Of a stretch of DNA of 36,222 bases, positions 11,730-27,140 are shown piece after piece. Source of the stretch: Beutenbergiaceae bacterium (lineage in GTDB: Bacteria > Actinomycetota > Actinomycetes > Actinomycetales > JAHECE01); the NCBI GenBank assembly GCA_039812565.1, contig JBDIAU010000001.1, positions 1-36,222 of the forward strand, written 5' to 3'. The number at the start of each line of letters is the position of its first letter. Position 1 is the stretch's first letter. Below the pieces are notes generated by a model. That model did not search any database, had not been told where the DNA came from, and saw only the letters and a program-made list of their open reading frames with translations. The position numbers and the translations under genes were made by a program.

Positions 11730-11766
11730 GGCGTCGTCTGACTCTCTCTCTGTACAACCGCTTCGG

Positions 11767-11791
11767 ACCGACCCCCGCACTCGGGCGTGTC
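11767..11791 (-). promoter_or_regulatory. 25-nt leader element, copy 1 (S10 operon 5' leader)
   Basis: Plus strand accgacccccgcactcgggcgtgtc; transcript sense GACACGCCCGAGTGCGGGGGTCGGT. Identical to 16387..16411. Its 3' end is 37 nt upstream of the rpsJ ATG. Can fold as a small bulged hairpin (CCCG/AGTG-loop/CGGG core). Confidence 0.6.
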
Positions 11792-11923
11792 GCTCTCGCG
11801 TCACACCTCGCCGCGGCGCGCGGACGCGCTGCGAGTCGTGGGATCTGGTGTGGACCAGGCCCGGAGGGCCGGTCCGTTCGTGTGGCCGCACCGGCGCGCA
11901 GGAGCGCTCCGGGCAACCTGGGT

Positions 11924-11953
11924 AGTGTGCCAGATCACCTGCCGGAGCACCAA
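11924..11953 (-). promoter_or_regulatory. candidate S10-operon promoter
   Basis: Minus strand TTGGTG-N18-CACACT, with TG one base upstream of the -10 (extended -10 like). Lies just downstream of the tuf terminator hairpin. Weak match. Confidence 0.25.
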
Positions 11954-11977
11954 TCGGTGGTCCGGCCGGCGCACAGG

Positions 11978-12019
11978 CGCGGGGCCCGGGTGCCTGGTTC
12001 AGGCGACCCGGGCCCCGCG
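11978..12019 (-). terminator. tuf terminator hairpin (no U-tract)
   Basis: cgcggggcccgggt / 14-nt loop / acccgggccccgcg forms a perfect 14-bp GC-rich stem starting 5 nt after the tuf stop. Confidence 0.6.
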
Positions 12020-12024
12020 TCCGG

Positions 12025-13218
<1,194 letters not shown>

Positions 13219-13339
13219 TGAATCCTCCTGGGACTCGGGTAGTTGTGCCGGCGGTGTCGGTGCCCACCGAGGTGGGTCGTGCAAGGCCGACGGTCTACGG
13301 GTCGGTTTGTTGGTGCTGGGTCTCCTCGACCCGACGGGA

Positions 13340-15442
<2,103 letters not shown>

Positions 15443-15482
15443 GGGTCAGTCTCTTTTCGTCGCGCGGGCGGCGGAGGACGCT

Positions 15483-15953
15483 CTACCAGCGGTAGTGCGC
15501 GAAGGCCTTGTTGGACTCGGCCATCTTGTGGGTGTCCTCGCGGCGCTTGACGGCGGCGCCGAGCCCGTTGGAGGCGTCGAGGATCTCGTTCATGAGGCGC
15601 TCGGTCATCGTCTTCTCGCGGCGGGCGCGGGAGTAGTCGACGAGCCAGCGCAGCGCCAGGGTGGTGGAGCGGCTCTGCCGCACCTCGACCGGCACCTGGT
15701 AGGTGGCGCCGCCGACGCGACGCGACCGGACCTCGAGCGCGGGACGGACGTTGTCCATGGCGCGCTTGAGGACGGTCGTCGGGTCGGCGCCGGACTTGTC
15801 CCGGACGCCCTCGAGGGCGCCGTAGACGATCCGCTGCGCGACCGACTTCTTGCCGTCGAGCAGGACGCGGTTCACCAGCTGGGTGACGAGCGGGGACCCG
15901 TAGACCGGGTCGACGACGAGCGGCCGCTTCGGGGCCGGGCCCTTGCGAGGCAT
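15483..15953 (-). CDS. rpsG: 30S ribosomal protein S7
   Basis: Track ORF 15483..16400 trimmed to ATG 15953, which overlaps the rpsL stop (TAATG). [48 protein letters not shown]...NKAFAHYRW. Confidence 0.96.
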   Translation of the reverse strand: MPRKGPAPKRPLVVDPVYGSPLVTQLVNRVLLDGKKSVAQRIVYGALEGVRDKSGADPTTVLKRAMDNVRPALEVRSRRVGGATYQVPVEVRQSRSTTLALRWLVDYSRARREKTMTERLMNEILDASNGLGAAVKRREDTHKMAESNKAFAHYRW

Positions 15954-16327
15954 TACTTCTTCTCCTTCTTCGCGCCGTAGCGGCTGCGCGCCTGCTGGCG
16001 GCCGCGGACACCCTGGGTGTCGAGGGCGCCGCGCACGATCTTGTAGCGCACGCCCGGGAGGTCCTTCACCCGGCCGCCGCGCACGAGCACGATCGAGTGC
16101 TCCTGGAGGTTGTGGCCGACGCCCGGGATGTAGGCGGTGACCTCGACCTGGCTGGAGAGCCGCACGCGCGCCACCTTGCGCAGCGCCGAGTTCGGCTTCT
16201 TGGGCGTCGTCGTGTACACGCGCGTGCACACACCGCGTCGCTGCGGGCTGCCCTTGAGGGCCGGCGTCTTGGTCTTGCCGGCCTTGGCGCTGCGGCCCTT
16301 GCGGACCAGCTGCTGGATCGTGGGCAC
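15953..16327 (-). CDS. rpsL: 30S ribosomal protein S12
   Basis: Track ORF 15953..16483 trimmed to GTG 16327 (GGAGA upstream). [57 protein letters not shown]... Confidence 0.96.
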   Translation of the reverse strand: MPTIQQLVRKGRSAKAGKTKTPALKGSPQRRGVCTRVYTTTPKKPNSALRKVARVRLSSQVEVTAYIPGVGHNLQEHSIVLVRGGRVKDLPGVRYKIVRGALDTQGVRGRQQARSRYGAKKEKK

Positions 16328-16386
16328 TACGTCTCCATCTCGATCTGCGTCGTCTATGGCGGTACTGCGGTTCGCACGACGGGCGA

Positions 16387-16411
16387 ACCGACCCCCGCAC
16401 TCGGGCGTGTC
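16387..16411 (-). promoter_or_regulatory. 25-nt leader element, copy 2 (str operon 5' leader)
   Basis: Identical to 11767..11791. Its 3' end is 59 nt upstream of the rpsL GTG. Immediately followed in the transcript by a GGTTCGC/CCGTCGT/GCGAACC hairpin. Confidence 0.6.
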
Positions 16412-16550
16412 CGACGGCCGGGGCACACGCTGCTCCCTTCGACAGAGAGCGGACGATGAGGCGCCCGGCGGCCGAGCGGCCACCCTGCGTGCGTCACCCC
16501 GGGGGGCGTCGCGCGCGCGCGAGGGCCCGACGTCGCGGGCACCGACGGCG

Positions 16551-16580
16551 AGAATACTCTCGCCCGCCAGAGAGCGTCAA
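16551..16580 (-). promoter_or_regulatory. str-operon (rpsL) promoter
   Basis: Minus strand TTGACG-N18-TATTCT. This is the best sigma-A-like match in the window and implies a 5' leader of roughly 215 nt. Confidence 0.55.
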
Positions 16581-16744
16581 AGCCGTCGGGCGGGTCCCTC
16601 GTCCCGGGCGAGCGATCCGCCGGGTTGCCTGGAGACCGCAAACATCTGCACGACGGTCCGTGCCGCAAGCGGCGAGGCCCCGTCGCAGCCCGCCGGTCCC
16701 TAGACTCCCGGGCGAGACACGGCACCGCGACGAGGGGACGGCGG

Positions 16745-18070
16745 ATGCGGGAGACCAAGGCCTGGCGGTACGCGATCGGGATGTTCGGGACCTCGATCCC
16801 GATCAACATGTTCATCCCGTACATGGCGGCGTTCTACGTCAAGGACCTCGGTGTGCTCACCGCGGTCCAGGTGGGGTCGGTGCTCGTCGCCTACTCGATC
16901 ATCGACGCGATCGACAACCCGGTGTACGGCTACCTCTCCGACCGCACACGCGGGCGTTTCGGCCGCCGCCGGCCGTGGCTCTTCGTGGGCGCCCCGCTGC
17001 TTTGCCTCAGCCTCGTCGCGTTCTTCTCACCGCCCGGGGACCTCAGCGCGACCGGCTACCTCGTGTGGTTCGCGGTCACCGCGATCCTCGTCGAGACGAC
17101 CGACTCCCTCGTCAACACGAACTACGGGTCGCTCCTGCCCGAGCTGTTCCCCGAGGAGAAGCGGCGTGCCCGCGTCAACGCGCTGAGGCAGGGACTCGGT
17201 CTCCTCGGGCTGGCGGTCGCCATCAGCCTCACGCCGATCCTCAAGTCGACGCTCGGCTACGGCCTGACCGCAGTCGCGTACTCCGTCATCGCCCTGGTCG
17301 CGATCCTCGTCATGGCTACTGGGGTGCGCGAGAACCCCGAGCGCCTCGCGGCCCCACAGCCCGGTGTCGCCGACTCGATCCGCTCGATCCTCGGCACCCC
17401 CAGCTTCTGGGTCATCGCGATCACGAACGGTGCGTACGCGAGCGCGATCGCCCTGCTGCTCGCCGGCGCGTCGTTCTTCATGACGTACACCCTCGGCCTG
17501 CCCGAGAGTCAGGTGAGCGTCCTGCTCGGCACGGTCATCCTCACCTCGATCGCCTTCTTGGCGATGTGGGCGGCCCTCGTCCGGCGCTGGGGCGTCCTGG
17601 TCGTCTGGCGGACGGCCCTCGCGGTGTTCGCGGTCTCCTTCGTGCCGATGTACTTCGCCGGGTCGCTCATGACGGCGGTCGCCGCCGGGGTCCTCATCGG
17701 CCTCGGCTACAGCGGCGTCATCGCGACGACCGACGTCGTGGTCGCCCGCTTCATCGACGCGGACGCGGCACGCACCGGAGTGCACCGTGAGGCGATGGTC
17801 ATCGCCGCCTTCGGGTTCTTCAACCGCCTCAGCACCTCGGCCAAGTCCCTCGGCTTCTTCGGGATGACGGTCTTGTTCGGCTATGTGAACCGCGACCAGC
17901 CGGGCGACCAGCCGGACGCCGCGGCGCGCTTCCTCATGGTCGTCATGCCGTTCATCTTCGCCGTCATCGCCGCAGTGACGTCGCGCTTCGTACGGATCCC
18001 GGTCCGCCCGGGACCCGACGAGGCCGACGACGCCGGCGCTGTGCCGGTCCCCCATCGTCCGGCCGCCTGA
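16745..18070 (+). CDS. MFS transporter, glycoside-pentoside-hexuronide (GPH/MelB-like):cation symporter family
   Basis: Track ORF 16625..18070 trimmed to ATG 16745 (GAGGGGA upstream). MRETKAWRYAIGMFGTSIPINMFIPYMAAFYVKDLG...YGYLSDRTRGRFGRRRPWLFVGAP carries the GPH loop 2-3 motif D-x6-G-R-x-R-P-W. About 12 hydrophobic segments. Confidence 0.8.
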   Translation: MRETKAWRYAIGMFGTSIPINMFIPYMAAFYVKDLGVLTAVQVGSVLVAYSIIDAIDNPVYGYLSDRTRGRFGRRRPWLFVGAPLLCLSLVAFFSPPGDLSATGYLVWFAVTAILVETTDSLVNTNYGSLLPELFPEEKRRARVNALRQGLGLLGLAVAISLTPILKSTLGYGLTAVAYSVIALVAILVMATGVRENPERLAAPQPGVADSIRSILGTPSFWVIAITNGAYASAIALLLAGASFFMTYTLGLPESQVSVLLGTVILTSIAFLAMWAALVRRWGVLVVWRTALAVFAVSFVPMYFAGSLMTAVAAGVLIGLGYSGVIATTDVVVARFIDADAARTGVHREAMVIAAFGFFNRLSTSAKSLGFFGMTVLFGYVNRDQPGDQPDAAARFLMVVMPFIFAVIAAVTSRFVRIPVRPGPDEADDAGAVPVPHRPAA

Positions 18071-18092
18071 GGCGCGCCGCCCCGCTCCCAGA

Positions 18093-18132
18093 CGACGAGG
18101 GCCCCGCAGCGTGAGCTGCGGGGCCCTCGTCG
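18093..18132. terminator. bidirectional terminator hairpin between convergent MFS gene and rpoC
   Basis: cgacgagggccccgcagc / gtga / gctgcggggccctcgtcg forms a perfect 18-bp stem with a 4-nt loop. It lies 22 nt after the MFS stop and 12 nt after the rpoC stop. Confidence 0.7.
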
Positions 18133-18144
18133 ACTCAGGGACGG

Positions 18145-21100
18145 TCAGCGGTAGTCGACGCCGTACCCGCCGCCGAGGTCGTAGTCCTCGAGCGGAATCG
18201 CGTCGCCGGAGCCGCTGAACTGCGAGTAGTCGACCTCGTCGTAGCCGAAGGTCGGGTAGATCTCGGCCCGCGCCTCGGCGGTCGGCTCCACCCGGACGTT
18301 GCGGTACCGCGACAGGCCCGTCCCGGCGGGGATGAGCTTGCCGAGGATCACGTTCTCCTTCAGGCCGAGCAGCGAGTCGCTGCGACCGCTGAGCGCCGCC
18401 TCGGTGAGGACCTTGGTCGTCTCCTGGAAGGAGGCGGCCGAGAGCCACGAGTCGGTGGCCAGCGACGCCTTGGTGATGCCCATGAGCTCCGGACGACCGG
18501 AGGCCGGCTGCCCGCCCTCCGCGACGACGCGACGGTTCTCGTCCTCGAACCGCCCGCGCTCCGCGAGCTCGCCCGGGAGCAGCCCGGAGTCGCCCGAGTC
18601 GAGCACCGTCACCCGCCGCAGCATCTGCCGGACGATGACCTCGATGTGCTTGTCGTGGATGTCGACGCCCTGCGACCGGTAGACGCTCTGGACCTCGGCC
18701 ACGAGGTGCTTCTGCACCGCGCGGGGCCCGAGGATCCGCAGCACCTTCTTCGGGTCGACGGCGCCGGCGATCAGCTGCTGACCGACCGTGACGTGCTCGC
18801 CGTCGGACACGAGCAGGCGGGAGCGCTTGGTGATCGGGTACGCGACCTCTTCCGAGCCGTCGTCCGGCGTGATGACGATGCGGCGCACCCGCTCCGCCTC
18901 GTCGATGGTCACGCGGCCGGTGACCTCGGAGATCGGCGCCTCACCCTTGGGGGTGCGGGCCTCGAAGAGCTCCTGGACACGCGGCAGACCCTGGGTGATG
19001 TCCTCCGCGGAGGCGACACCGCCGGTGTGGAACGTCCGCATCGTCAGCTGCGTGCCGGGCTCACCGATGGACTGCGCCGCGATGATGCCGACGGCCTCGC
19101 CGATGTCGACGAGCTTGCCCGTCGCCAGGGAGCGGCCGTAGCAGTGCGCGCAGGTGCCGACGCGCGACTCGCACGTGAGCACCGAACGGACCTTCACCTG
19201 CTGCACGCCGGCGCCGATGAGCCGCTCGATGAGCACGTCGCCGACGTCGGCCCCCGCAGCGGCGAGGACCTCGCCGTCGGCGCCGAGCACGTCCGAGGCC
19301 AGGGTCCGGGCGTAGACGCTCGTCTCCACCCGGTCGGACCGGCGCAGCCCGCCGTCGGCGGTCGGGTCGGCGATGACCTGGAGGAGGCCGCGCTCCGTGC
19401 CGCAGTCCTCCTCGCGGATGATCACGTCCTGCGAGACGTCGACGAGCCGCCGGGTGAGGTACCCGGAGTCGGCCGTCCGCAGCGCCGTGTCCGCCAGGCC
19501 CTTGCGGGCGCCGTGCGTGGCGATGAAGTACTCGACCACCGAGAGGCCCTCGCGGTAGTTCGACTTGATCGGCCGCGGGATGATCTCGCCCTTGGGGTTG
19601 GCCACCAGGCCACGCATGCCCGCGATCTGCCGGACCTGCATCCAGTTGCCTCGGGCGCCCGAGCCGACCATCCGGAACACCGGGTTGCGCTCCGGGAAGT
19701 TCTCCCGCATCGCGTCGTCGACGTCGTTCGTCGCCTGCGTCCAGATGTCGATGAGCTCGTTGCGACGCTCCTCGTCGGTGATCAGACCGCGGTCGTACTG
19801 CTGCTGGACCTTCGCAGCGAGACCCTCGTAGCCCTCGAGGATCTCCCTCTTGCGCGCCGGCGTGACGACGTCGGAGATCGCGATCGTCAGCCCGGACCGC
19901 GTCGCCCAGCGGAAGCCGGCCTCCTTGAGGGCGTCGAGGCTCGCGGCGACCGCGACCTTCGGGTAGCGCTCCGCCAGGTCGTTGACGATCCCCGAGAGCG
20001 CCTTCTTGTCGACCACCGAGTTGACGTACGGGTAGTCGACGGGCAGGAGCTCGTTGAAGATCGCCCGGCCGAGGGTGGTGCGCAGGAGGATCGGGTCCCC
20101 GTCCTCCCGGCCCTCGGCCGGCTCCCACGAGGCCGGCGGGACGAGGTCGGTGAAGCGGAGCGTCACCTCGGCGTTCAGGTCCAGGGTCCCCGCGTCGAAC
20201 GCCATGATCGCCTCGGCCAGGGACGCGAACGCACGCCCCTCCCCCAGGACGCCCGTCCGCTCGGACGTCAGGTGGAAGAGACCGATGATCATGTCCTGGG
20301 TGGGCATGGTCACCGGGCGGCCGTCCGACGGCTTGAGGATGTTGTTGCTCGAGAGCATCAGGATGCGGGCCTCGGCCTGCGCCTCGGCGCTCAGCGGCAG
20401 GTGCACGGCCATCTGGTCCCCGTCGAAGTCGGCGTTGAACGCCGTGCAGACGAGCGGGTGGATCTGGATGGCCTTGCCCTCGACGAGCTGCGGCTCGAAC
20501 GCCTGGATGCCCAGACGGTGGAGCGTCGGCGCGCGGTTGAGGAGCACCGGGTGCTCGGTGATGACCTCTTCGAGCACGTCCCACACGACCGACCGGGCCC
20601 GCTCGACCATCCGCTTCGCGGACTTGATGTTCTGGGCGTGGTTGAGGTCCACGAGGCGCTTCATGACGAACGGCTTGAACAGCTCGAGCGCCATCTGCTT
20701 CGGCAGGCCGCACTGGTGCAGCTTGAGCTGAGGGCCGACGACGATGACCGAGCGGCCCGAGTAGTCGACGCGCTTGCCGAGCAGGTTCTGACGGAACCGG
20801 CCCTGCTTGCCCTTGAGCATGTCGGAGATCGACTTCAGCGGGCGGTTGCCCGGGCCGGTCACCGGACGGCCCCGGCGGCCGTTGTCGAAGAGCGCGTCGA
20901 CGGCCTCCTGAAGCATGCGCTTCTCGTTGTTCACGATGATCTCGGGGGCGCCGAGGTCGAGGAGGCGCTTGAGCCGGTTGTTCCGGTTGATCACGCGCCG
21001 GTAGAGGTCGTTGAGGTCGCTCGTGGCGAACCGGCCGCCGTCGAGCTGGACCATCGGCCGCAGGTCCGGCGGGATCACCGGGACGCAGTCGAGCACCATG

Positions 21101-22032
21101 CCCAGCGGCGAGTTGGTGGTCGTCAGGAAGGCGTTGACCACCTTGAGGCGCTTCAGGGCCCGGGTCTTGCGCTGGCCCTTGCCGGTGCGGATCACCTCGC
21201 GCAGGATCTCGGACTCGGCGGTCAGGTCGAAGGTCTCGAGCCGCTTCTGGATCGCCGCGGCGCCCATGGCGCCCTCGAAGTAGTTGCCGTACCGCTCCTG
21301 CAGCTGGCGGTACAGCAGCTCGTCGCCCTCGAGGTTCGCGACCTTCAGGTTCTTGAACCGGTCCCAGACCTGCTCGAGCCGCTCGATCTCCGTCTCGGCA
21401 CGCTTGCGCACCGAGGCCATCTCCCGCTCCGCGGAGTCGCGGACCTTGCGGCGGACGTCGGACTTCGCACCCTCGGCCTCGAGCTCGGCGAGGTCCGCCT
21501 CGAGCCGCTGCGCGCGGCGCTCGATGTCCAGGTCGCGGCGGTTCGCGATCTCGGCCTTCTCCAGGTCGATCTCGTTCTGGAGGCTCGGGAGGTCCTCCCG
21601 ACGGCCCTCCTCGTCGACCGACGTGATCATGTAGGCCGCGAAGTAGATGACCTTCTCGAGGTCCTTCGGCGCGAGGTCGAGCAGGTAGCCCAGCCGGGAC
21701 GGGACGCCCTTGAAGTACCAGATGTGGGTGACCGGGGCGGCGAGCTCGATGTGGCCCATCCGCTCCCGGCGCACCTTCGAGCGCGTGACCTCGACGCCGC
21801 AGCGCTCGCAGATGATGCCCTTGAAGCGCACGCGCTTGTACTTGCCGCAGTAGCACTCCCAGTCCCGGGTGGGACCGAAGATCTTCTCGCAGAAGAGCCC
21901 GTCCTTCTCCGGCTTGAGCGTGCGGTAGTTGATGGTCTCGGGCTTCTTGACCTCGCCGTGCGACCACGCACGGATGTCATCGGCCGTCGCCAGACCGATG
22001 CGCAGCTCGTCGAAGACATTGACGTCGAGCAA
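18145..22032 (-). CDS. rpoC: DNA-directed RNA polymerase subunit beta'
   Basis: 1295 aa. (TTG)[69 protein letters not shown]..., [12 protein letters not shown] catalytic motif. TTG start at the position homologous to the mycobacterial GTG start. Confidence 0.98.
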   Translation of the reverse strand: MLDVNVFDELRIGLATADDIRAWSHGEVKKPETINYRTLKPEKDGLFCEKIFGPTRDWECYCGKYKRVRFKGIICERCGVEVTRSKVRRERMGHIELAAPVTHIWYFKGVPSRLGYLLDLAPKDLEKVIYFAAYMITSVDEEGRREDLPSLQNEIDLEKAEIANRRDLDIERRAQRLEADLAELEAEGAKSDVRRKVRDSAEREMASVRKRAETEIERLEQVWDRFKNLKVANLEGDELLYRQLQERYGNYFEGAMGAAAIQKRLETFDLTAESEILREVIRTGKGQRKTRALKRLKVVNAFLTTTNSPLGMVLDCVPVIPPDLRPMVQLDGGRFATSDLNDLYRRVINRNNRLKRLLDLGAPEIIVNNEKRMLQEAVDALFDNGRRGRPVTGPGNRPLKSISDMLKGKQGRFRQNLLGKRVDYSGRSVIVVGPQLKLHQCGLPKQMALELFKPFVMKRLVDLNHAQNIKSAKRMVERARSVVWDVLEEVITEHPVLLNRAPTLHRLGIQAFEPQLVEGKAIQIHPLVCTAFNADFDGDQMAVHLPLSAEAQAEARILMLSSNNILKPSDGRPVTMPTQDMIIGLFHLTSERTGVLGEGRAFASLAEAIMAFDAGTLDLNAEVTLRFTDLVPPASWEPAEGREDGDPILLRTTLGRAIFNELLPVDYPYVNSVVDKKALSGIVNDLAERYPKVAVAASLDALKEAGFRWATRSGLTIAISDVVTPARKREILEGYEGLAAKVQQQYDRGLITDEERRNELIDIWTQATNDVDDAMRENFPERNPVFRMVGSGARGNWMQVRQIAGMRGLVANPKGEIIPRPIKSNYREGLSVVEYFIATHGARKGLADTALRTADSGYLTRRLVDVSQDVIIREEDCGTERGLLQVIADPTADGGLRRSDRVETSVYARTLASDVLGADGEVLAAAGADVGDVLIERLIGAGVQQVKVRSVLTCESRVGTCAHCYGRSLATGKLVDIGEAVGIIAAQSIGEPGTQLTMRTFHTGGVASAEDITQGLPRVQELFEARTPKGEAPISEVTGRVTIDEAERVRRIVITPDDGSEEVAYPITKRSRLLVSDGEHVTVGQQLIAGAVDPKKVLRILGPRAVQKHLVAEVQSVYRSQGVDIHDKHIEVIVRQMLRRVTVLDSGDSGLLPGELAERGRFEDENRRVVAEGGQPASGRPELMGITKASLATDSWLSAASFQETTKVLTEAALSGRSDSLLGLKENVILGKLIPAGTGLSRYRNVRVEPTAEARAEIYPTFGYDEVDYSQFSGSGDAIPLEDYDLGGGYGVDYR

Positions 22033-22125
22033 CTGACTCCTACTTCCTTCGGTTCCGCAGACCGTGTGGAACGTGTGTCGGGCCGGGTGCGCGGCGCGAC
22101 CCCGAGGGGCCGCGCCGCCACCGGC

Positions 22126-25635
<3,510 letters not shown>

Positions 25636-25742
25636 GAGGGGTCCTTCCCTGGGGAATGGGACGCACGCCGCCGGGGGCCGCGCACAGCAGGTGCACGGTC
25701 GAGTGCACGGGGGTGCGCGGGCAGGAGGCAGCGCAACGCGAC

Positions 25743-25771
25743 AGCATAGCCGCGTGGACGAGCACTGTCCA
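25743..25771 (-). promoter_or_regulatory. candidate rpoBC promoter
   Basis: Minus strand TGGACA-N17-TATGCT, starting 7 nt downstream of the rplL hairpin. Implies an rpoB leader of roughly 100 nt. Confidence 0.45.
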
Positions 25772-25777
25772 GCGACC

Positions 25778-25814
25778 GACTAGGCCCGCACCGACGAGCG
25801 GTGCGGGCCTAGTC
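25778..25814 (-). terminator. rplL terminator/attenuator hairpin
   Basis: gactaggcccgcaccg / acgag / cggtgcgggcctagtc forms a perfect 16-bp stem, 48 nt after the rplL stop. No U-tract. Confidence 0.6.
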
Positions 25815-25862
25815 AGGGATGGGCCGGTCAGGGGGTCGCGAGGCCTCCCGCCGACCGAGAGG

Positions 25863-26255
25863 TCACTTGACGGTGACGGTGGCGCCGGCGGCCTCGAGGA
25901 CCTCCTTGGCCTTGTCCGCCGCCTCCTTGGTGGCGTTCTCGAGGACGGGCTTGGGGGCGCCGTCGACGAGGTCCTTGGCCTCCTTGAGGCCGAGGCCCGT
26001 GAGCGCGCGGACCTCCTTGATGACCTGGATCTTCTTGTCGCCGAAGGACTCGAGGACGACGTCGAACTCCGTCTTCTCCTCCTCCTCCTCGGCGGGCGCG
26101 GCGGCGGCCGGGGCGCCACCGGCGGCGGCGACGGCGACCGGCGCGGCCGCGGTGACCTCGAAGACCTCCTCGAACTTCTTCACGAAGTCCGAGAGCTCGA
26201 TGAGGGTGAGCTCCTTGAACGCGTCGATGAGCTCGTCGGTGGTGAGCTTCGCCAT
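25863..26255 (-). CDS. rplL: 50S ribosomal protein L7/L12
   Basis: [104 protein letters not shown]... Confidence 0.96.
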   Translation of the reverse strand: MAKLTTDELIDAFKELTLIELSDFVKKFEEVFEVTAAAPVAVAAAGGAPAAAAPAEEEEEKTEFDVVLESFGDKKIQVIKEVRALTGLGLKEAKDLVDGAPKPVLENATKEAADKAKEVLEAAGATVTVK

Positions 26256-26349
26256 GGCTGGCGTTCCTTCCTGGTGGTCTGCGCTCCGCGAGCTGCAGAG
26301 GTGTGGGTGGTCAGGGCCTGGGACCGGCCGGGCGGACCCGGCGCGGCCG

Positions 26350-26871
26350 TCAGGCCTCGGCGGCCTGCTTCTCGCGCAGCGCCTCGATGGTGCGGACGGC
26401 CTTCGCCGCCGGGGCGTTGAAGACGTAGGCCGCCTGGTGCAGCTTGGCCTTCATCGCGCCGGCCGCCTTGGCCAGGAGCACCTCGCGCGACTCGAGGTCC
26501 GCGAGCTTGGAGACCTCCGCGGCCGAGAGCGCGCGTCCGGACAGGACGCCGCCCTTGATGACGAGCGCGGGGTTGGCCTTCGCGAAGTCGCGAAGACCCT
26601 TGGCGGCCTCGACCGGGTCGCCGGAGACGAAGGCGATCGCCGTCGGGCCGGAGAGCTGGTCGTCGAGGCCGGCGACGCCGGCCTCCTTGGCGGCGATCGT
26701 CGTGAGGGTGTTCTTCACGACGGAGTAGCTGGCAGTACCGCGGAGCGTCGTGCGCAGGGTCTCGAGCTGCTTGACCGAGAGCCCGCGGTACTCGGTGAGC
26801 ACGGCGGCGGTCGACTCGCGGAACCGGTCCGTGAGCTCGGCGACCGCAGCCGCCTTGTCGGGCCTCGCCAT
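26350..26871 (-). CDS. rplJ: 50S ribosomal protein L10
   Basis: Track ORF 26350..26979 trimmed to ATG 26871 (GGAAGGAGG upstream). [56 protein letters not shown]... Confidence 0.95.
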   Translation of the reverse strand: MARPDKAAAVAELTDRFRESTAAVLTEYRGLSVKQLETLRTTLRGTASYSVVKNTLTTIAAKEAGVAGLDDQLSGPTAIAFVSGDPVEAAKGLRDFAKANPALVIKGGVLSGRALSAAEVSKLADLESREVLLAKAAGAMKAKLHQAAYVFNAPAAKAVRTIEALREKQAAEA

Positions 26872-27047
26872 GGCCCTCCTTCCGAGAACGGGCCGCCGGT
26901 CGGGTCCGGGAACGACACGAGCCCCGTGCGCAGGCACAGGGCTCGGGGGACCACGGCGGGGCCGTCTCGAACTCGTCACCTGCGCAGGCTCCGCGTCAGC
27001 GGACTTAGCCCCCGCCTCAGGGGGCGGGCGACCGGCGGTCTTGGGCA
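26872..27047 (-). promoter_or_regulatory. putative L10 (rplJ) 5' leader, structured
   Basis: About 175 nt between the candidate promoter and the rplJ ATG. Contains several GC hairpins, e.g. 26918..26945 cgagccc-c-gtgc/gcag/gcac-a-gggctcg, plus TCCGC/TGAC/GCGGA next to GGCTAAG. This is the position where L10-leader autoregulatory RNAs occur. Family membership not verified. Confidence 0.35.
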
Positions 27048-27053
27048 GGATGA

Positions 27054-27082
27054 AGAGTACGGGCGGCGCGGCCCGACGCCAA
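27054..27082 (-). promoter_or_regulatory. candidate rplJL promoter
   Basis: Minus strand TTGGCG-N17-TACTCT, downstream of the post-rplA hairpin. Confidence 0.45.
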
Positions 27083-27101
27083 ATCGGGGCCGGACGCGGA
27101 C

Positions 27102-27140
27102 GCGGGGCCGGCCGGGGCGAGACCGCCCGGCCGACCCCGC
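27102..27140 (-). terminator. hairpin downstream of rplA
   Basis: gcggggccggccggg / 9-nt loop / cccggccgaccccgc forms a 15-bp stem with one mismatch, 26 nt after the rplA stop. Confidence 0.4.

Noticed and set aside
15953-16327. Possible streptomycin-resistance alleles in rpsL
   Set aside because: The key lysines in TTPKKPNSA and in [13 protein letters not shown] are both wild type.
16354-16824. 156-codon minus-strand ORF (and plus-strand ORF 16456..17790) in the rpsL/MFS intergenic region
   Set aside because: Arg/Pro-rich composition, no SD and no recognisable domain. It overlaps the predicted str promoter and leader and the 5' end of the MFS gene. Best explained as a non-coding leader.
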